Notes: generated by a model from the letters alone, not told the origin. Shown: positions 33,099 to 43,560, numbered from the stretch's first letter. The stretch: DNA of 64,000 nucleotides from Vulcanimicrobiota bacterium (GCA_963723515.1 CAVRQT010000002.1:320001-384000); one strand, 5' to 3'. Translations and numbers: made by a program.

Positions 33099-33982
33099 GT
33101 CATCTGAGCCGAAAGCAAGTGACGATCTTGATCGGAGCCGCACTGGTGCTGCCGCAATGCAGCAGCCGGCGCGGTAATGCAGTCGCGGTGGGATCGAAAA
33201 ACTTCACGGAGGAGTTCATCATCGCTGAAATCTACGCGCAGGCTCTCGAGCGTGCCGGCCTGACCGTCGTGCGCAAATTCAATCTCGGAAGCACCCAAAT
33301 CGCGATGACGGCACTGCGGCGCGGCGACATCGATCTCTATCCGGAATACACCGGTACGGCGCTGATCGATGTCTTACATCTGCCGCCGATGCATGATCCA
33401 CAAGCGCTCTATCGCCGGGTAAGCGACGAATTTGCGACACGGTTTGCGTTGCGTTGGCTACGGCCATCGCCGATGAACGATTCACAGGGCCTGGCGACCA
33501 CGCAGTCGATTTCAAAGCAGTACGGGATCGCGACGCTCTCACAATTGAGCCGCGTTGCGTCGCAATTGCGGCTGGGAGCGATTCCGGAGTTTTTGAGCCG
33601 CGCTGATGCGCTGCCCGGACTGCAGAAATACTACGGCGGATTTCGCTTCAAAGACGTCAAGACGTACGACATTGGCTTGAAATACCAGGCGTTGCTGCAT
33701 GGCGACGCAGATATCGTGACGGCTTTTACAACCGACGGCGCGCTCGCCGCAAACAATCTCGTCGTGCTCAAAGATGATAAGCACTTCTGGCCGGAGTATC
33801 ACATCGCGCCGGTGGTGCGAATCGATGCACTGCGACGCGCGCCCGCGATTGCAGCGGCACTCAATCGAATCGCGCCTGCCATCAGCGATGCCGCCGCGCG
33901 TTCGATGAATTATGCGGTTGACGTCAAGAAGCAAGACTCCGCCGATGTAGCATCCGCGTTCCTGAAAGGCCAGCGAACCTGA
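33095..33982 (+). CDS. Glycine betaine/quaternary amine ABC substrate-binding protein (OpuAC/OsmF family)
   Basis: VGSKNFTEE, DLYPEYTGT, EF..RAD, FTTDG, LKDDKHFWPEY. Confidence 0.9.
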   Translation: MSHLSRKQVTILIGAALVLPQCSSRRGNAVAVGSKNFTEEFIIAEIYAQALERAGLTVVRKFNLGSTQIAMTALRRGDIDLYPEYTGTALIDVLHLPPMHDPQALYRRVSDEFATRFALRWLRPSPMNDSQGLATTQSISKQYGIATLSQLSRVASQLRLGAIPEFLSRADALPGLQKYYGGFRFKDVKTYDIGLKYQALLHGDADIVTAFTTDGALAANNLVVLKDDKHFWPEYHIAPVVRIDALRRAPAIAAALNRIAPAISDAAARSMNYAVDVKKQDSADVASAFLKGQRT

Positions 33983-34945
33983 ACGCATCGGCACACGGTG
34001 CCGCCGTCCGATTCGAAGACGTGAACGTGCGTTATCCGGGCGAGGTTCGGGACGCCGTCGCATCGGCAACGCTCGATATTCCCGCCGGTCAATTCGTCGT
34101 TATCGTCGGGCCCTCGGGTTGCGGTAAGAGCACGCTGCTGCGGACCGTTAATCGCCTGATCGAACCGCGCAGCGGTCGCATCTTTGTGGACGGTCGCGAC
34201 AATGCGAGCATGGACGTCACCGAACTGCGGCGCCACATCGGCTACGTGATTCAAGCGGTCGGCCTCTTTGCGCACATGACAGTAGCGCAAAATATCGCGG
34301 TGGTGCCGAGCTTGCTGCGGTGGGATGCGACACGCACGAGTGAGCGCGTCGACGAATTGCTCAGGCTCGTTCACCTCGATCCCGCGCGTCTACCGAAATC
34401 GCTATCCGCGCGAGCTTTCCGGCGGCGAAGCGCAGCGGGTCGGCGTCGCGCGCGCACTCGCGGCGCGCCCTGGTTTGCTGCTGATGGACGAACCGTTCGG
34501 GGCGGTCGATGCGATCGTGCGCGGATCGCTGCAAGCGCAGACGAAGCAGATCGCGCAGCTGCTCGATACGACGATCCTCTTCGTTACGCACGACGTCGAC
34601 GAGGCGCTGAAGTTAGCCGATCGGATGGTCATCATGTCGCAAGGACGGATCGTACAGGAAGGCACGCCGCTCGAGATCCTCACGAAACCTTCATCGGATT
34701 TCGTCGCGCAACTGCTCGATGCACACGACGTCGTTCGCCGGTTGCAGTTGCTTCGCGTCGCCGACGCGATGCGGCCCGGCGCCCCGGCAACCGATGGACA
34801 AGCGATCGACAACCAAGCGACGCTCAGAGAATCGCTCAACGCCTTCTTGCAGGGCGCGGATGCTTTGACGGTCCTCAAAGATCAGGCACCGGTCGGCACG
34901 CTGCATTTTGCCGATGTGCAACGCGTGATCGAAGGCAAGCAATGA
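33979..34945 (+). CDS. ABC transporter ATP-binding protein, OpuBA-like with CBS-like C-terminus (frameshift near 34390)
   Basis: GPSGCGKS, IGYVIQ, LSGGEAQRV, LLMDEPFGAVD, FVTHD; possible CTG start overlapping the SBP stop. Confidence 0.9.
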
Positions 34946-35566
34946 CGTATATGATGCGGCACGCCGGTCAAGTCGGGGTCTATTCCGGACAGCATATCGT
35001 GCTGGTCGTTGTTTCGCTGGCGCTCGCAAGCACGATTGCGTTGCCGCTGGGAATCGTAGCGGCGCGAAATCGGCACTTCGGTACGCCGCTGCTCGGCGTG
35101 CTGGGCGCGATCTACACGATTCCCAGCCTCGCCATCCTCGCGCTGCTCGTGCAATACGTCGGCCTCGGGTTTTGGACCGCAATCGTCATGCTCGTCATCT
35201 ACGCGCAGTTCATCCTCGTCCGCAACATCGCAACTGGAATTCGCGCGGTGCCGGCTGCGCAAGTTGACGCGGCCATAGGCGCTTGGCATGACGCCGTTCC
35301 AGCGGTTGCTCAAAGTTGAATTACGGCAAGCGTTTCCGATCATGCTCGGCGGTGTGCGCATCGCAACGGTTGCTCTGATCGCGATCGCGACGCTCGCCGC
35401 TTACGTGAATGCCGGAGGGCTCGGCGTCATGATCTTCGGCGGATTAGAGCAGGACTATATCCCAAAGACGATTGCCGGGAGCGTTCCGGCGATGTTCCTC
35501 GCGCTGATCGCCGATGCGCTGCTTCGCCTTTGGGAGCGCGCCGCTACGCGCAGCGTCTACGGCTGA
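34942..35566 (+). CDS. Second ABC permease (frameshift near 35280)
   Basis: YTIPSLAIL, VRNIATGI, VELRQAFP, NAGGLG. Confidence 0.85.
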
Positions 35567-37620
35567 AGATACCGTCCCATAAAGTCGGAGAGAATGTGAA
35601 GGCGTTCGACGCGATGAATCGGCGAGCCGGTCCGCGAGAGATCGTGATTCTCGCCCGGAACCTCGACGTACTCAACCGGTCGTCCTAAAATCTTGAGCGC
35701 CGAAAATTCTTGCAGCGTCTGATCGACAGGCGTGCGCGTGTCTTCGGTAGAGTGGAGGATCAGCAGCGGCGTGTGAACGTTGTTCACGTACGTCAGCGGC
35801 GACTGGAGCGCCATCGTGTTTCGCGGTTCCCACGGCGCTCCCCAATCGTACGTTCCGCCGAGCGCATTCGTTGACGCGAGATCCGCGGCGAGTTGCTCGG
35901 ACTCAATGTTGCTGACCACGCGTTCGGCAATCGCCGCTTTGTAGCGATTCGTATGCGCGATGACCCACAGCGTCGCGTAGCCGCCATAACTTCCGCCTAA
36001 AACACCTAAGCGGTTCGTGTCAACATCGGACCGCCGCGATACCGCATCCATGACGTCCGAAACGTCCTCGAACATCGCATCGCCCCAGTGGTGCATCAGC
36101 GCCTCTTCAAAAGGATACCCGAAGCCGACGCTGCCGCGCGGATCGGGGAAGACGACGTTGTAACCGAGGCCGGCCCAGTATTGAAATTCCGCAAAGAAGC
36201 TGTTGCCGAATTCCGTTTCGGGGCCGCCATGGATATCGAGCAGAGTCGGTCGCGGCCCTCGGGAGCGCGAACCCACGGCGGGCATGAACCATGCCGTCAC
36301 GTTGTAGCCGGCTGAATCTCTCACCGTGAGCGGCTGAGGCGTCGAAAGCAAAATCGAGCGCAAGAATGCATCGTTAAAGGATGTCAATTGACGTGGATGC
36401 GGATCGCTCGTTGAAATCACGTAGATTTCGGCGGGGCGCAAGAAGTCCGAGAACGCATAGGCGATCGTCTTACCGTCCCCGCTGACCGAACAGTTGAATG
36501 CTTCACCATTCGCGCCGGTCAAATCGGTGAGCGCGCCGCTGCTTGTATCGACTTTAACGAGCTTGCTGTAGCCCGGTGCGCTAACGTTGGTAATGAAGAA
36601 TCGGTCGTTCGGCGCAAACCACGGTCCGCACAATCCGCCGCCCTCTTTCGTGTCCGTAATGACAGCGTCGCCCCACGCATACGTATTCTTCGGAATCAGT
36701 TGCCGAACGTCGCTGCCATCGGGGTTGCTCGAAACGATCGCCGGATACTGCGCCGGATCGTCCACACCGCCGGTAAAGTACCAGAGTCGCTGCGAGGTAT
36801 GTCCGTGCGTCGGCCCATCGTTGGCGAGCTGATTTGAACGCAGCGGCAGCATTGCGCCACCGGTGACGGGAATCGTGTAGATGTCGTCTTCCCCCAGCGT
36901 CGGTGGATCGCGCCGCAGCGAGTTGAATGCGAGCGTTCGATCGTCCGGCGAGAAGTCGTAGTTTCCTTCCGACCACGGGCCGCTCGTCAAGGCGCGTTGA
37001 TGCGAACCATCGGCATTCATCATCCAGATGTGGCGGTGAAAGCGGTAGACTTCACCCGCGCCGTTGACTTCGAAATGCATCGTGTTGATAAAGCCAACGT
37101 CGCTGTGGCGTTGATTTTTCTTGGGCGTGAAGCCCGCGGCACGAAAATCGATTTGCGCGGGCTGCGGCGGATCGATGCTGGTGGCGCTAAATGCGATCAG
37201 GGTGCCATGATTGGAGTAGAGGGGACCACCCGCGCCGCCTTTGAGATTCGTCAACCGGTTGATGCGGCCGTTCCGCAAATCGTAAACGTAGATTTGCGGC
37301 CGCGCTTTCTTCGCGCTCCGGACGAAGGCGATGTGCATGTTGTCCGGCGACCACGTCGGGCTCGAGTCTCGTCCGCCGGTCGTCAATTGCCGCGGTGGGC
37401 CGCCGCGGGTTGATACGAGCCAAAGATTTGTGTCGTAGCGATTTTGCGGACCGTTCATGCGCGAAACGACGAAGGCAATGCGCGAGCCGTCGGCCGAGAT
37501 CTGCGGACTCGAGATATAGGAGAGTTTGAAGAGATCTTCCGCGGCCATCGGCCGCGCCGCCGAAGCGATGCCGCACAGTGCGATCAGCAGCGCTGCCGCG
37601 AAACCAACGATTCGAATCAC
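35557..37620 (-). CDS. Secreted S9 family peptidase (acylaminoacyl-peptidase-like, beta-propeller plus alpha/beta hydrolase)
   Basis: WSPD repeats, IHGGP, GGSYGG nucleophile, D in EDTRTP, H in GENHDL; GTG 37620 overlaps the egtD stop. Confidence 0.92.
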   Translation of the reverse strand: MIRIVGFAAALLIALCGIASAARPMAAEDLFKLSYISSPQISADGSRIAFVVSRMNGPQNRYDTNLWLVSTRGGPPRQLTTGGRDSSPTWSPDNMHIAFVRSAKKARPQIYVYDLRNGRINRLTNLKGGAGGPLYSNHGTLIAFSATSIDPPQPAQIDFRAAGFTPKKNQRHSDVGFINTMHFEVNGAGEVYRFHRHIWMMNADGSHQRALTSGPWSEGNYDFSPDDRTLAFNSLRRDPPTLGEDDIYTIPVTGGAMLPLRSNQLANDGPTHGHTSQRLWYFTGGVDDPAQYPAIVSSNPDGSDVRQLIPKNTYAWGDAVITDTKEGGGLCGPWFAPNDRFFITNVSAPGYSKLVKVDTSSGALTDLTGANGEAFNCSVSGDGKTIAYAFSDFLRPAEIYVISTSDPHPRQLTSFNDAFLRSILLSTPQPLTVRDSAGYNVTAWFMPAVGSRSRGPRPTLLDIHGGPETEFGNSFFAEFQYWAGLGYNVVFPDPRGSVGFGYPFEEALMHHWGDAMFEDVSDVMDAVSRRSDVDTNRLGVLGGSYGGYATLWVIAHTNRYKAAIAERVVSNIESEQLAADLASTNALGGTYDWGAPWEPRNTMALQSPLTYVNNVHTPLLILHSTEDTRTPVDQTLQEFSALKILGRPVEYVEVPGENHDLSRTGSPIHRVERLHILSDFMGRYLQP

Positions 37621-38618
37621 GATTTCAAAAAGAGATTCACGGTATAGTATCGCCTCCGCCCAAACCACGTTTTTGTCAACGCCAAGCCGGCTTCTTTTCC
37701 CGCGGCCGTCAATTCATCGATCGTAAATTTGTACGACGATTCGGTATGCAGCGGCTCGCCGGCTTCGAAATCAACGTCGAGGCCGAGCTTTTCAACGTGC
37801 ACCCGCTGCTTCTTTTGAGAGACTAGGAAGGAGTCGACGGCGCCGCGCCCTTCGTCGTAGTGTGCCTTATGCTCGAAGGAGCGAAGGTCGAAATCTGCAC
37901 CGAGCTCCCGGTTCAATCGACCCAAAAGGTTCTTATTGAAGGCCGCCGTCACGCCGGTCGGATCGTTGTACGCAAGTTCGAGCGTCGCGGCATCCTTACG
38001 AAGATCGGCCCCCACCAGCAATCCATCGCCGCGCTCGAGCGAAGCCGCAATCGCGGCAAAAAGCCGTTGCCGAACGCGCGGTTCGTAGTTGCCGATGTTC
38101 GAACCGAGCAGCAGCGCGAGCGCAGGATGACGTAACTCGAGATCGCGTGAGCCGAGAATCGTGAAGTAGTCGGCGGCATACGCCCGCACGCTCAAACGCG
38201 GATACGCATCGACCAAAGCCTCGGCGGACGAGCGCAGGGCATCGGCGGAGATGTCGATCGGGCAGTAGCGCAATGACGATTGCAGTCGCAGCGTCTCTTC
38301 GATCAGCAGCCGCGTTTTGACCGCGCTGCCGCTGCCGAGTTCCATGAGTTCGACCGGCGAGCGCACGAGGCGCACGATCTCCCAGCCGAACTCGCGCAAA
38401 ATTTCTGTTTCCGCGGCCGTTAAATAGTATTCGGGAAGCCGCGTAATCGCATCGAAGAGCGCCGAGCCCAATTCGTCGTAGAAGTATTTCGGCGAAAGCT
38501 GTTTAGGCTGCGCGAGCAAACCGCGACGCACGTCTTGCGCGAACGTTGCGTCGTTTGCGGGCTGCGAAGCAGTGACGATTTCCAAACGATTGGAAATCCG
38601 GCTAAGTGCTGCGCACAT
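37617..38618 (-). CDS. egtD: L-histidine N-alpha-methyltransferase EgtD (Methyltransf_33)
   Basis: PKYFYD..GS.LF..IT.LPEYY, ELGSGSAVKT, GSNIGN, AYND..GVTAAFN.N, HTESSYKF. Confidence 0.88.
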   Translation of the reverse strand: MCAALSRISNRLEIVTASQPANDATFAQDVRRGLLAQPKQLSPKYFYDELGSALFDAITRLPEYYLTAAETEILREFGWEIVRLVRSPVELMELGSGSAVKTRLLIEETLRLQSSLRYCPIDISADALRSSAEALVDAYPRLSVRAYAADYFTILGSRDLELRHPALALLLGSNIGNYEPRVRQRLFAAIAASLERGDGLLVGADLRKDAATLELAYNDPTGVTAAFNKNLLGRLNRELGADFDLRSFEHKAHYDEGRGAVDSFLVSQKKQRVHVEKLGLDVDFEAGEPLHTESSYKFTIDELTAAGKEAGLALTKTWFGRRRYYTVNLFLKS

Positions 38619-38695
38619 GAAGCTCCTCTCTTGCAGCCAAAAGCGTCCCGAGGTAACGGGGGCAGGCTCACGAACTGCTCCCGCCGGAGGAGCAC

Positions 38696-39433
38696 ATGAC
38701 CGTACTTAACTCGGATATTACCATTAACGTCGGCGGTTCCTCAATGCCGGCCTATATCGCGCGGCCCGATCCGGCATCGGGGCCTCACTCGGCTGTGATC
38801 GTGTTGCAAGAGATCTACGGCGTCAATAAAGAGATGAAGCGCATCACGGATCTCGTGGCGAGCGTCGGGTACGTGGGCCTTGCGCTCAACTTCTACCACC
38901 GCACCGATCCCGCACATTTTCAACCTTACACGAATGAAGGAACAGAAAAAGGATTCCAAATCGCCGGCACGGTTGGAAGAGAGACGCTCCGTCAGGACGT
39001 CACCGCGGCGATACAATATCTGAATGCGCAAGATTACGTTAAGAAGGGGAAGATCGCAACGTGGGGCTTTTGCTTCGGCGGGTCAGTTGCATTTGTGACG
39101 GCGACGCTGCCGGGTTTAGCGGGTGCGGTGTGTTTTTACGGCGGCAGCATCGCGCAGCCGTTTCCAAATGGTGAGCCGGAAGGCCTCACGGATGCAAGCG
39201 ACGTCAAATGTCCGCTGCTCTTGGTGTATGGCGAAGACGATCCGTACATCAGCGCCGACGATTGCGCGCGCACAAATCAGGCGTTGGCGCAAGCCGGCAA
39301 AGATTTCCAGATTCAGGAATATCCCGGGGTCGGTCATGCCTTCTTCCGTGAGAGTACGGAGCACATGCAGTCCGCCGTTGTTGCCGATGCATGGGATCTG
39401 GTGCAAGCGTTTTTCAAACGCGTTTTTGCCTAG
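38696..39433 (+). CDS. Dienelactone hydrolase family protein
   Basis: QEIYGV, GFCFGG, YPGVGHAF; RBS GGAGG. Confidence 0.92.
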   Translation: MTVLNSDITINVGGSSMPAYIARPDPASGPHSAVIVLQEIYGVNKEMKRITDLVASVGYVGLALNFYHRTDPAHFQPYTNEGTEKGFQIAGTVGRETLRQDVTAAIQYLNAQDYVKKGKIATWGFCFGGSVAFVTATLPGLAGAVCFYGGSIAQPFPNGEPEGLTDASDVKCPLLLVYGEDDPYISADDCARTNQALAQAGKDFQIQEYPGVGHAFFRESTEHMQSAVVADAWDLVQAFFKRVFA

Positions 39434-40118
39434 TCTCGCTTAAGATCCGCGCCCAGCGCTCGTAAACATAACCGACGTATTCCTGCGTTTCCGCATATGG
39501 CGGAACGCCGTGGTAGGCCTTGACCGCTTGCGGACCGGCGTTGTACGCGGCTAACGCCGCAGCATACGGATCGCCGTAGAGGCCGCGATACCGATTCAGA
39601 TACCCGCCAAGCAATTGTGCCGCACCATTCAAGGCGGAGTTAACGTCGAACGGATCCACGCCGTTCGCATCCGCCGTTTCGATCGTAAATTGTGCGATTC
39701 CAACCGCGCCCGCAATTGAGAGCGCGTTCGGATCGAACGCGGATTCTTGCAACATTGTGGCGCAAAAGAACTGCGGATCGAGACTGGCTCCTTGGGCGGC
39801 GTTGAGCGCCACGTCCGCCAGGTAGACTGCATCGAACGGGCCGAGTCGAGGGTTGCTGCGTTGAATCGAATGGGCTACGGCAAGATTCGCGTTCGCGAAG
39901 GGCGCTCCATCACGAAGCAGCGTTAGGCCGGCGGGCGCCGTTATGCGCGCCGTCAGGTGCCAGCTTCGCGCGGTAACGCCGATGCGCTGAATGCGCGGAG
40001 GGCCGACCGGCTTGCGGAGGCCTTCTCCGGAGGGCGCGCCCGAGCAAGCGCACAACATTGCTCCGGCGGCAAGCAAGACGAGCGTCACGCAGAAGGGGCC
40101 GAAAAATGGAGTTCGCAC
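39414..40118 (-). CDS. Lytic transglycosylase (SLT), probable lipoprotein; exact start uncertain
   Basis: [33 protein letters not shown]. Confidence 0.85.
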   Translation of the reverse strand: MRTPFFGPFCVTLVLLAAGAMLCACSGAPSGEGLRKPVGPPRIQRIGVTARSWHLTARITAPAGLTLLRDGAPFANANLAVAHSIQRSNPRLGPFDAVYLADVALNAAQGASLDPQFFCATMLQESAFDPNALSIAGAVGIAQFTIETADANGVDPFDVNSALNGAAQLLGGYLNRYRGLYGDPYAAALAAYNAGPQAVKAYHGVPPYAETQEYVGYVYERWARILSETRQKRV

Positions 40119-40648
40119 CGGCCGGCTACGCCTTAGTGAGCGCGATCATCGTTCTGGTCGCCGGCGACTTTGCATCGACGTTCTTCTACCACGTTCCGCA
40201 GCATCTGTGGTTCACGCTCCACCTGCGAACGCATCACGATCGCCGAAGAACCTATTGGGACCATGCGGTGATTTCGCGCGATCCGGCCGTACTGCTCGAC
40301 GGCTTCCTGGGCGCGCTTCCTTATGTGGCCATCGCAGCATTATTGTGGCGTATCTCCTGGCAAGGGGCGCTAATCGGATTGGCGCTTGGGCAACTGCATG
40401 TCTGGTGGCGACACACGACGGATCTTGGCTGGCAAACTCCCGCATCGCTGCGCAAAGCCGCGCGGACCTTTGCGATCGTTCTCCCCGAAGACCACGACGG
40501 CCACCACCGTAACCCGGCGACGGAATTTGGGGACATCTTCCGATTCTTTGATGCGCCCGCTCGCGCGCTCATCGCGGTCCTCGAGCCGACGAGCCGCCAA
40601 CACCGCAACGCAACGCTCCGTGTCCAGCGTTCACCGGCACGGACCTAA
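40106..40648 (+). CDS. Fatty acid hydroxylase/sterol desaturase superfamily membrane di-iron enzyme
   Basis: His boxes YHVPQH, HLRTHH, HVWWRH and HDGHH between hydrophobic segments. Confidence 0.8.
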   Translation: MEFAPAGYALVSAIIVLVAGDFASTFFYHVPQHLWFTLHLRTHHDRRRTYWDHAVISRDPAVLLDGFLGALPYVAIAALLWRISWQGALIGLALGQLHVWWRHTTDLGWQTPASLRKAARTFAIVLPEDHDGHHRNPATEFGDIFRFFDAPARALIAVLEPTSRQHRNATLRVQRSPART

Positions 40649-40658
40649 GCAAAGCCAA

Positions 40659-41846
40659 ATGCTCCGGCGCGCGCTGTTTCTGATCTCCGATACCGGAGGG
40701 GGACACCGCAGCGCCGCAACAGCCATCACGGCGGCACTCGATGAGATCGCGTCGCCTCATTTCGAACATCAGATTGAGGACGTCGCAGCGCACTGCGCTT
40801 TTCCATTAACGCAATTAGGGTTCGCTTACAGTGCGGCACTCCGCTTTGCCCCGCCGGTGTACGGCGCGCTGTACTATGCAACAAACGGACGCCGCCGCTA
40901 TCGCGCGCTGGTGCGCTTCTGCGAGCCGCTCTATCGTGAACGCCTGCGTGATTTGTTCTTGACGTATCGTCCGGATGTGATCGTCGCGGTGCATCCGCTG
41001 CTGAACCATGCGGCCTTGCGCGCTCGCGCCGATGCGCGCATGATGGATGTTCCACTCGTAACGGTCATCACCGACCTCGGCAAAGTGCACGAGTCATGGC
41101 TGACGCCCGAAGCGGACGCGATTGTCGTTCCGGCGCGCGAAGTTTACGAACGAGCCTTATCGCGCGGCGTGCCGCCGTCGCGCTTGCGCATGTTAGGGCA
41201 GCCGATTCATCCGAAATTCGAAGATGTGCGCGCCAGCAAGGCGCAACTGCGGCGGGCACTGGGTCTGCCGGCCGATGCATTTGTTACGCTGCTGATGGCG
41301 GGCGGCGAAGGCGGCGGAAAATTGCTGTCGACGACGCTGGCGCTCGCAAAATCGGGCATCGAGATGTTCTTGATCGTGGTTTGTGGCCGAAATGCGGCCT
41401 TGCAAAGCAAATTGGAAGAGTTAGCGCCCACGTTCAATATGCGCACGCGCGTGCTCGGCTACACGGATGCGATTCCCTCATTGATGCGCGCCGCGGATCT
41501 GCTGGTGACGAAAGCCGGCCCCGGTTCACTCGCCGAGGCGAACGTGGCGCAAGTTCCGATCGTCGTGTACGACTATGTGCCAGGTCAAGAGCGCGGCAAT
41601 ATTGACTTCGTCCGCCGCAACGGCATCGGCCTCGTCGCCCTGCATATTTCTCAAGCGGTCGCGGCCGTTCGACTGCTGCGCGAGCATCCGGAGCGTCTCG
41701 CAGGGATGCGCGCCCGCCAATCGGAGATCGCGCCGCATCACAGTGCGCGGCGCATTGCGCGTTTGATCGCGCAGATCACAACAGAACGCACGTTGCCGAG
41801 CGACGGCGCGCTCTACCAGCCGCTGCCGGCAGTCGCTTCACTTTAA
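40659..41846 (+). CDS. MGDG synthase/UgtP-like diacylglycerol glycosyltransferase (GT28)
   Basis: TGGGHRSAA, VHP, VITD..H..W, GGEG, TKAGPGSLAEA, PGQERGN. Confidence 0.88.
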   Translation: MLRRALFLISDTGGGHRSAATAITAALDEIASPHFEHQIEDVAAHCAFPLTQLGFAYSAALRFAPPVYGALYYATNGRRRYRALVRFCEPLYRERLRDLFLTYRPDVIVAVHPLLNHAALRARADARMMDVPLVTVITDLGKVHESWLTPEADAIVVPAREVYERALSRGVPPSRLRMLGQPIHPKFEDVRASKAQLRRALGLPADAFVTLLMAGGEGGGKLLSTTLALAKSGIEMFLIVVCGRNAALQSKLEELAPTFNMRTRVLGYTDAIPSLMRAADLLVTKAGPGSLAEANVAQVPIVVYDYVPGQERGNIDFVRRNGIGLVALHISQAVAAVRLLREHPERLAGMRARQSEIAPHHSARRIARLIAQITTERTLPSDGALYQPLPAVASL

Positions 41847-42808
41847 CGCGAAGTAACCGGCGCCTTCAACCCGCCGCGCATTGCCATCGTCGCGGCGCCG
41901 ATCACGCCCGCATCATTACCAAGTTGCGCGATGACGACCCGCGTCGTACGCTTTGGGACCATCGTCGTCAATTCATCGACCCGACCCCGAATTGCATCCA
42001 ACATGAAGTCGCCGGCGCTGCTGACGCCGCCGCCAAGCGCGATCAGCTGCGGGTTGAGAAACGCGATGACGTTCGCCACGCCGCTCGCGAGATCTTCAGC
42101 AAAATTCTTCCACGCCGCAAGCGCATGACGGTCGCCGGCTTGCGCCGCTTTGCGAATCGCTTTTGAGCTCAGCTTCTCCGGTTTGCGATCGAGCAGCGCG
42201 CTCCGCGGAAAAGAGTCGCGTACGGCAAAGGCATGCCGAATCAACCCCGTTCCCGAGGCCTGCGTTTCAAAGCAGCCGATCTTTCCGCATGTACAGATAA
42301 AGCCGTCGCGCGCGCGAATCTGATGGTGCCCGATCTCGCCTGCGCCGGCCGCGTTGCCCAGGACGAGATCACCGTCGGCTACGATGCCGCCGCCGATTCC
42401 CGTTCCAAGGGTAAGCAGAACAAAATTACGCGTGCCGCGTCCCGTTCCGTAGGTGTATTCGCCAAGCGTCGCGCAGCGCGCATCGTTGCCGACGAAGATC
42501 GGTTGTTTGAAAGAGTCGCGCAACCGATTGCCCAGCGGCACGTTTTCCCACTGAAAATTCGGCGAGTATAAGATCGTGCCGGACGCCAAATCGATGTTGC
42601 CGGGTGATCCGATGCCGATACCGAGAACGCCGTCCGCGGCATTATCGTGTAACGCAGCGTCGATCATATCGCTGGTTGCCTGAAAGACGGCGTCTACGCC
42701 GTGGTCGTCCAGGTCGTGTTCGTGGCTCGTGAGGATCTTGCCGTCTTCATCGACGACCCCAGCGGTGACATGACTTCCGCCCAAATCGACGCCGATCGCG
42801 GTACGCAT
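41843..42808 (-). CDS. ROK family sugar kinase (glucokinase-like)
   Basis: GVDLGGS, NDA, LTLGTGIGGG, GEIGH, CTCGKIGCFE. Confidence 0.92.
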   Translation of the reverse strand: MRTAIGVDLGGSHVTAGVVDEDGKILTSHEHDLDDHGVDAVFQATSDMIDAALHDNAADGVLGIGIGSPGNIDLASGTILYSPNFQWENVPLGNRLRDSFKQPIFVGNDARCATLGEYTYGTGRGTRNFVLLTLGTGIGGGIVADGDLVLGNAAGAGEIGHHQIRARDGFICTCGKIGCFETQASGTGLIRHAFAVRDSFPRSALLDRKPEKLSSKAIRKAAQAGDRHALAAWKNFAEDLASGVANVIAFLNPQLIALGGGVSSAGDFMLDAIRGRVDELTTMVPKRTTRVVIAQLGNDAGVIGAATMAMRGGLKAPVTSR

Positions 42809-42867
42809 ACCGCGGAACTACGGTGCCGGCGGACGGTTTCCTTATGCGTCGAGTCGAACTGTGCGTT

Positions 42868-43560
42868 ATGCAAACGATCGACCTTATCAATCTGCGCAAC
42901 TTCACGCGCGAAACGGGACAGCCGACGCATCCCGAACTCCTCGACACGGCGCCGATGGAGCACGTCAACGAGATTGAAATTACGGAAGAACACATCACGG
43001 TAACCTACAACGAGCGCATCAACCGCTCATACAATGCGAACGAAATCGTGCACCGCGAATGGACGTACAAATATAACGAGGATCCGGAATTGGTCCGGGC
43101 CATTGGCAAAGTGATCGATCTGGCGCGCAAGCATCTCAAAGACTTGCCGGAAAACGTCGCCTGCCCGCCGGGATGCGCCGAGTGCTGCAGCGGCTACGAG
43201 CCGTTCGTCAGCCGCGCTGACGTCGAACGGATCGCGCAACATCTTGGCATGACGTTCAACGAAGTGATCAACGAGTATGTCGTGCCACGGAAGAGCGCGG
43301 ATGGCTATTACCTCGGATACTTGCGAAAAGTCGATGACGATATCGCGTCGCGCTGCATCTTCCTTAAAGGCCCTCGCTCGGGGAAGTACTACTGCGGCAT
43401 CTATGCGGCGCGGCCGGGCGACTGCCGTGATTTCTCTCCAATCGGCTGTGAAGACGTCGACACAGCATTGCCGCGCGACGCGCGGCTCGAAATCGGATCG
43501 CCGTTTGTTCCCAGGCATGCCAAGCGAGCGCATAACGGCAAGCGCTTTTCAAGGCGCTGA
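42868..43560 (+). CDS. YkgJ family cysteine-cluster (CxxxCxxCC) protein with N-terminal extension
   Basis: CPPGCAECC..CIFL..CGIYAARPGDCRDF. Confidence 0.82.
   Translation: MQTIDLINLRNFTRETGQPTHPELLDTAPMEHVNEIEITEEHITVTYNERINRSYNANEIVHREWTYKYNEDPELVRAIGKVIDLARKHLKDLPENVACPPGCAECCSGYEPFVSRADVERIAQHLGMTFNEVINEYVVPRKSADGYYLGYLRKVDDDIASRCIFLKGPRSGKYYCGIYAARPGDCRDFSPIGCEDVDTALPRDARLEIGSPFVPRHAKRAHNGKRFSRR

Noticed and set aside
32738..33982. Apparent permease-SBP fusion (EgtU/OpuB-like architecture)
   Set aside because: The join passes through nonsensical sequence; the permease ends at 33098 overlapping the SBP ATG, so it is most likely an indel artefact.
34021..35319. Apparent ATPase-permease fusion
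   Set aside because: The middle is out-of-frame sequence; the ATPase C-terminal half is in ORF 34325..34945.
38619..38695. Possible SAM riboswitch upstream of egtD
   Set aside because: No SAM-I/II/IV consensus seen; the gap is only about 77 nt and shared with a divergent gene.
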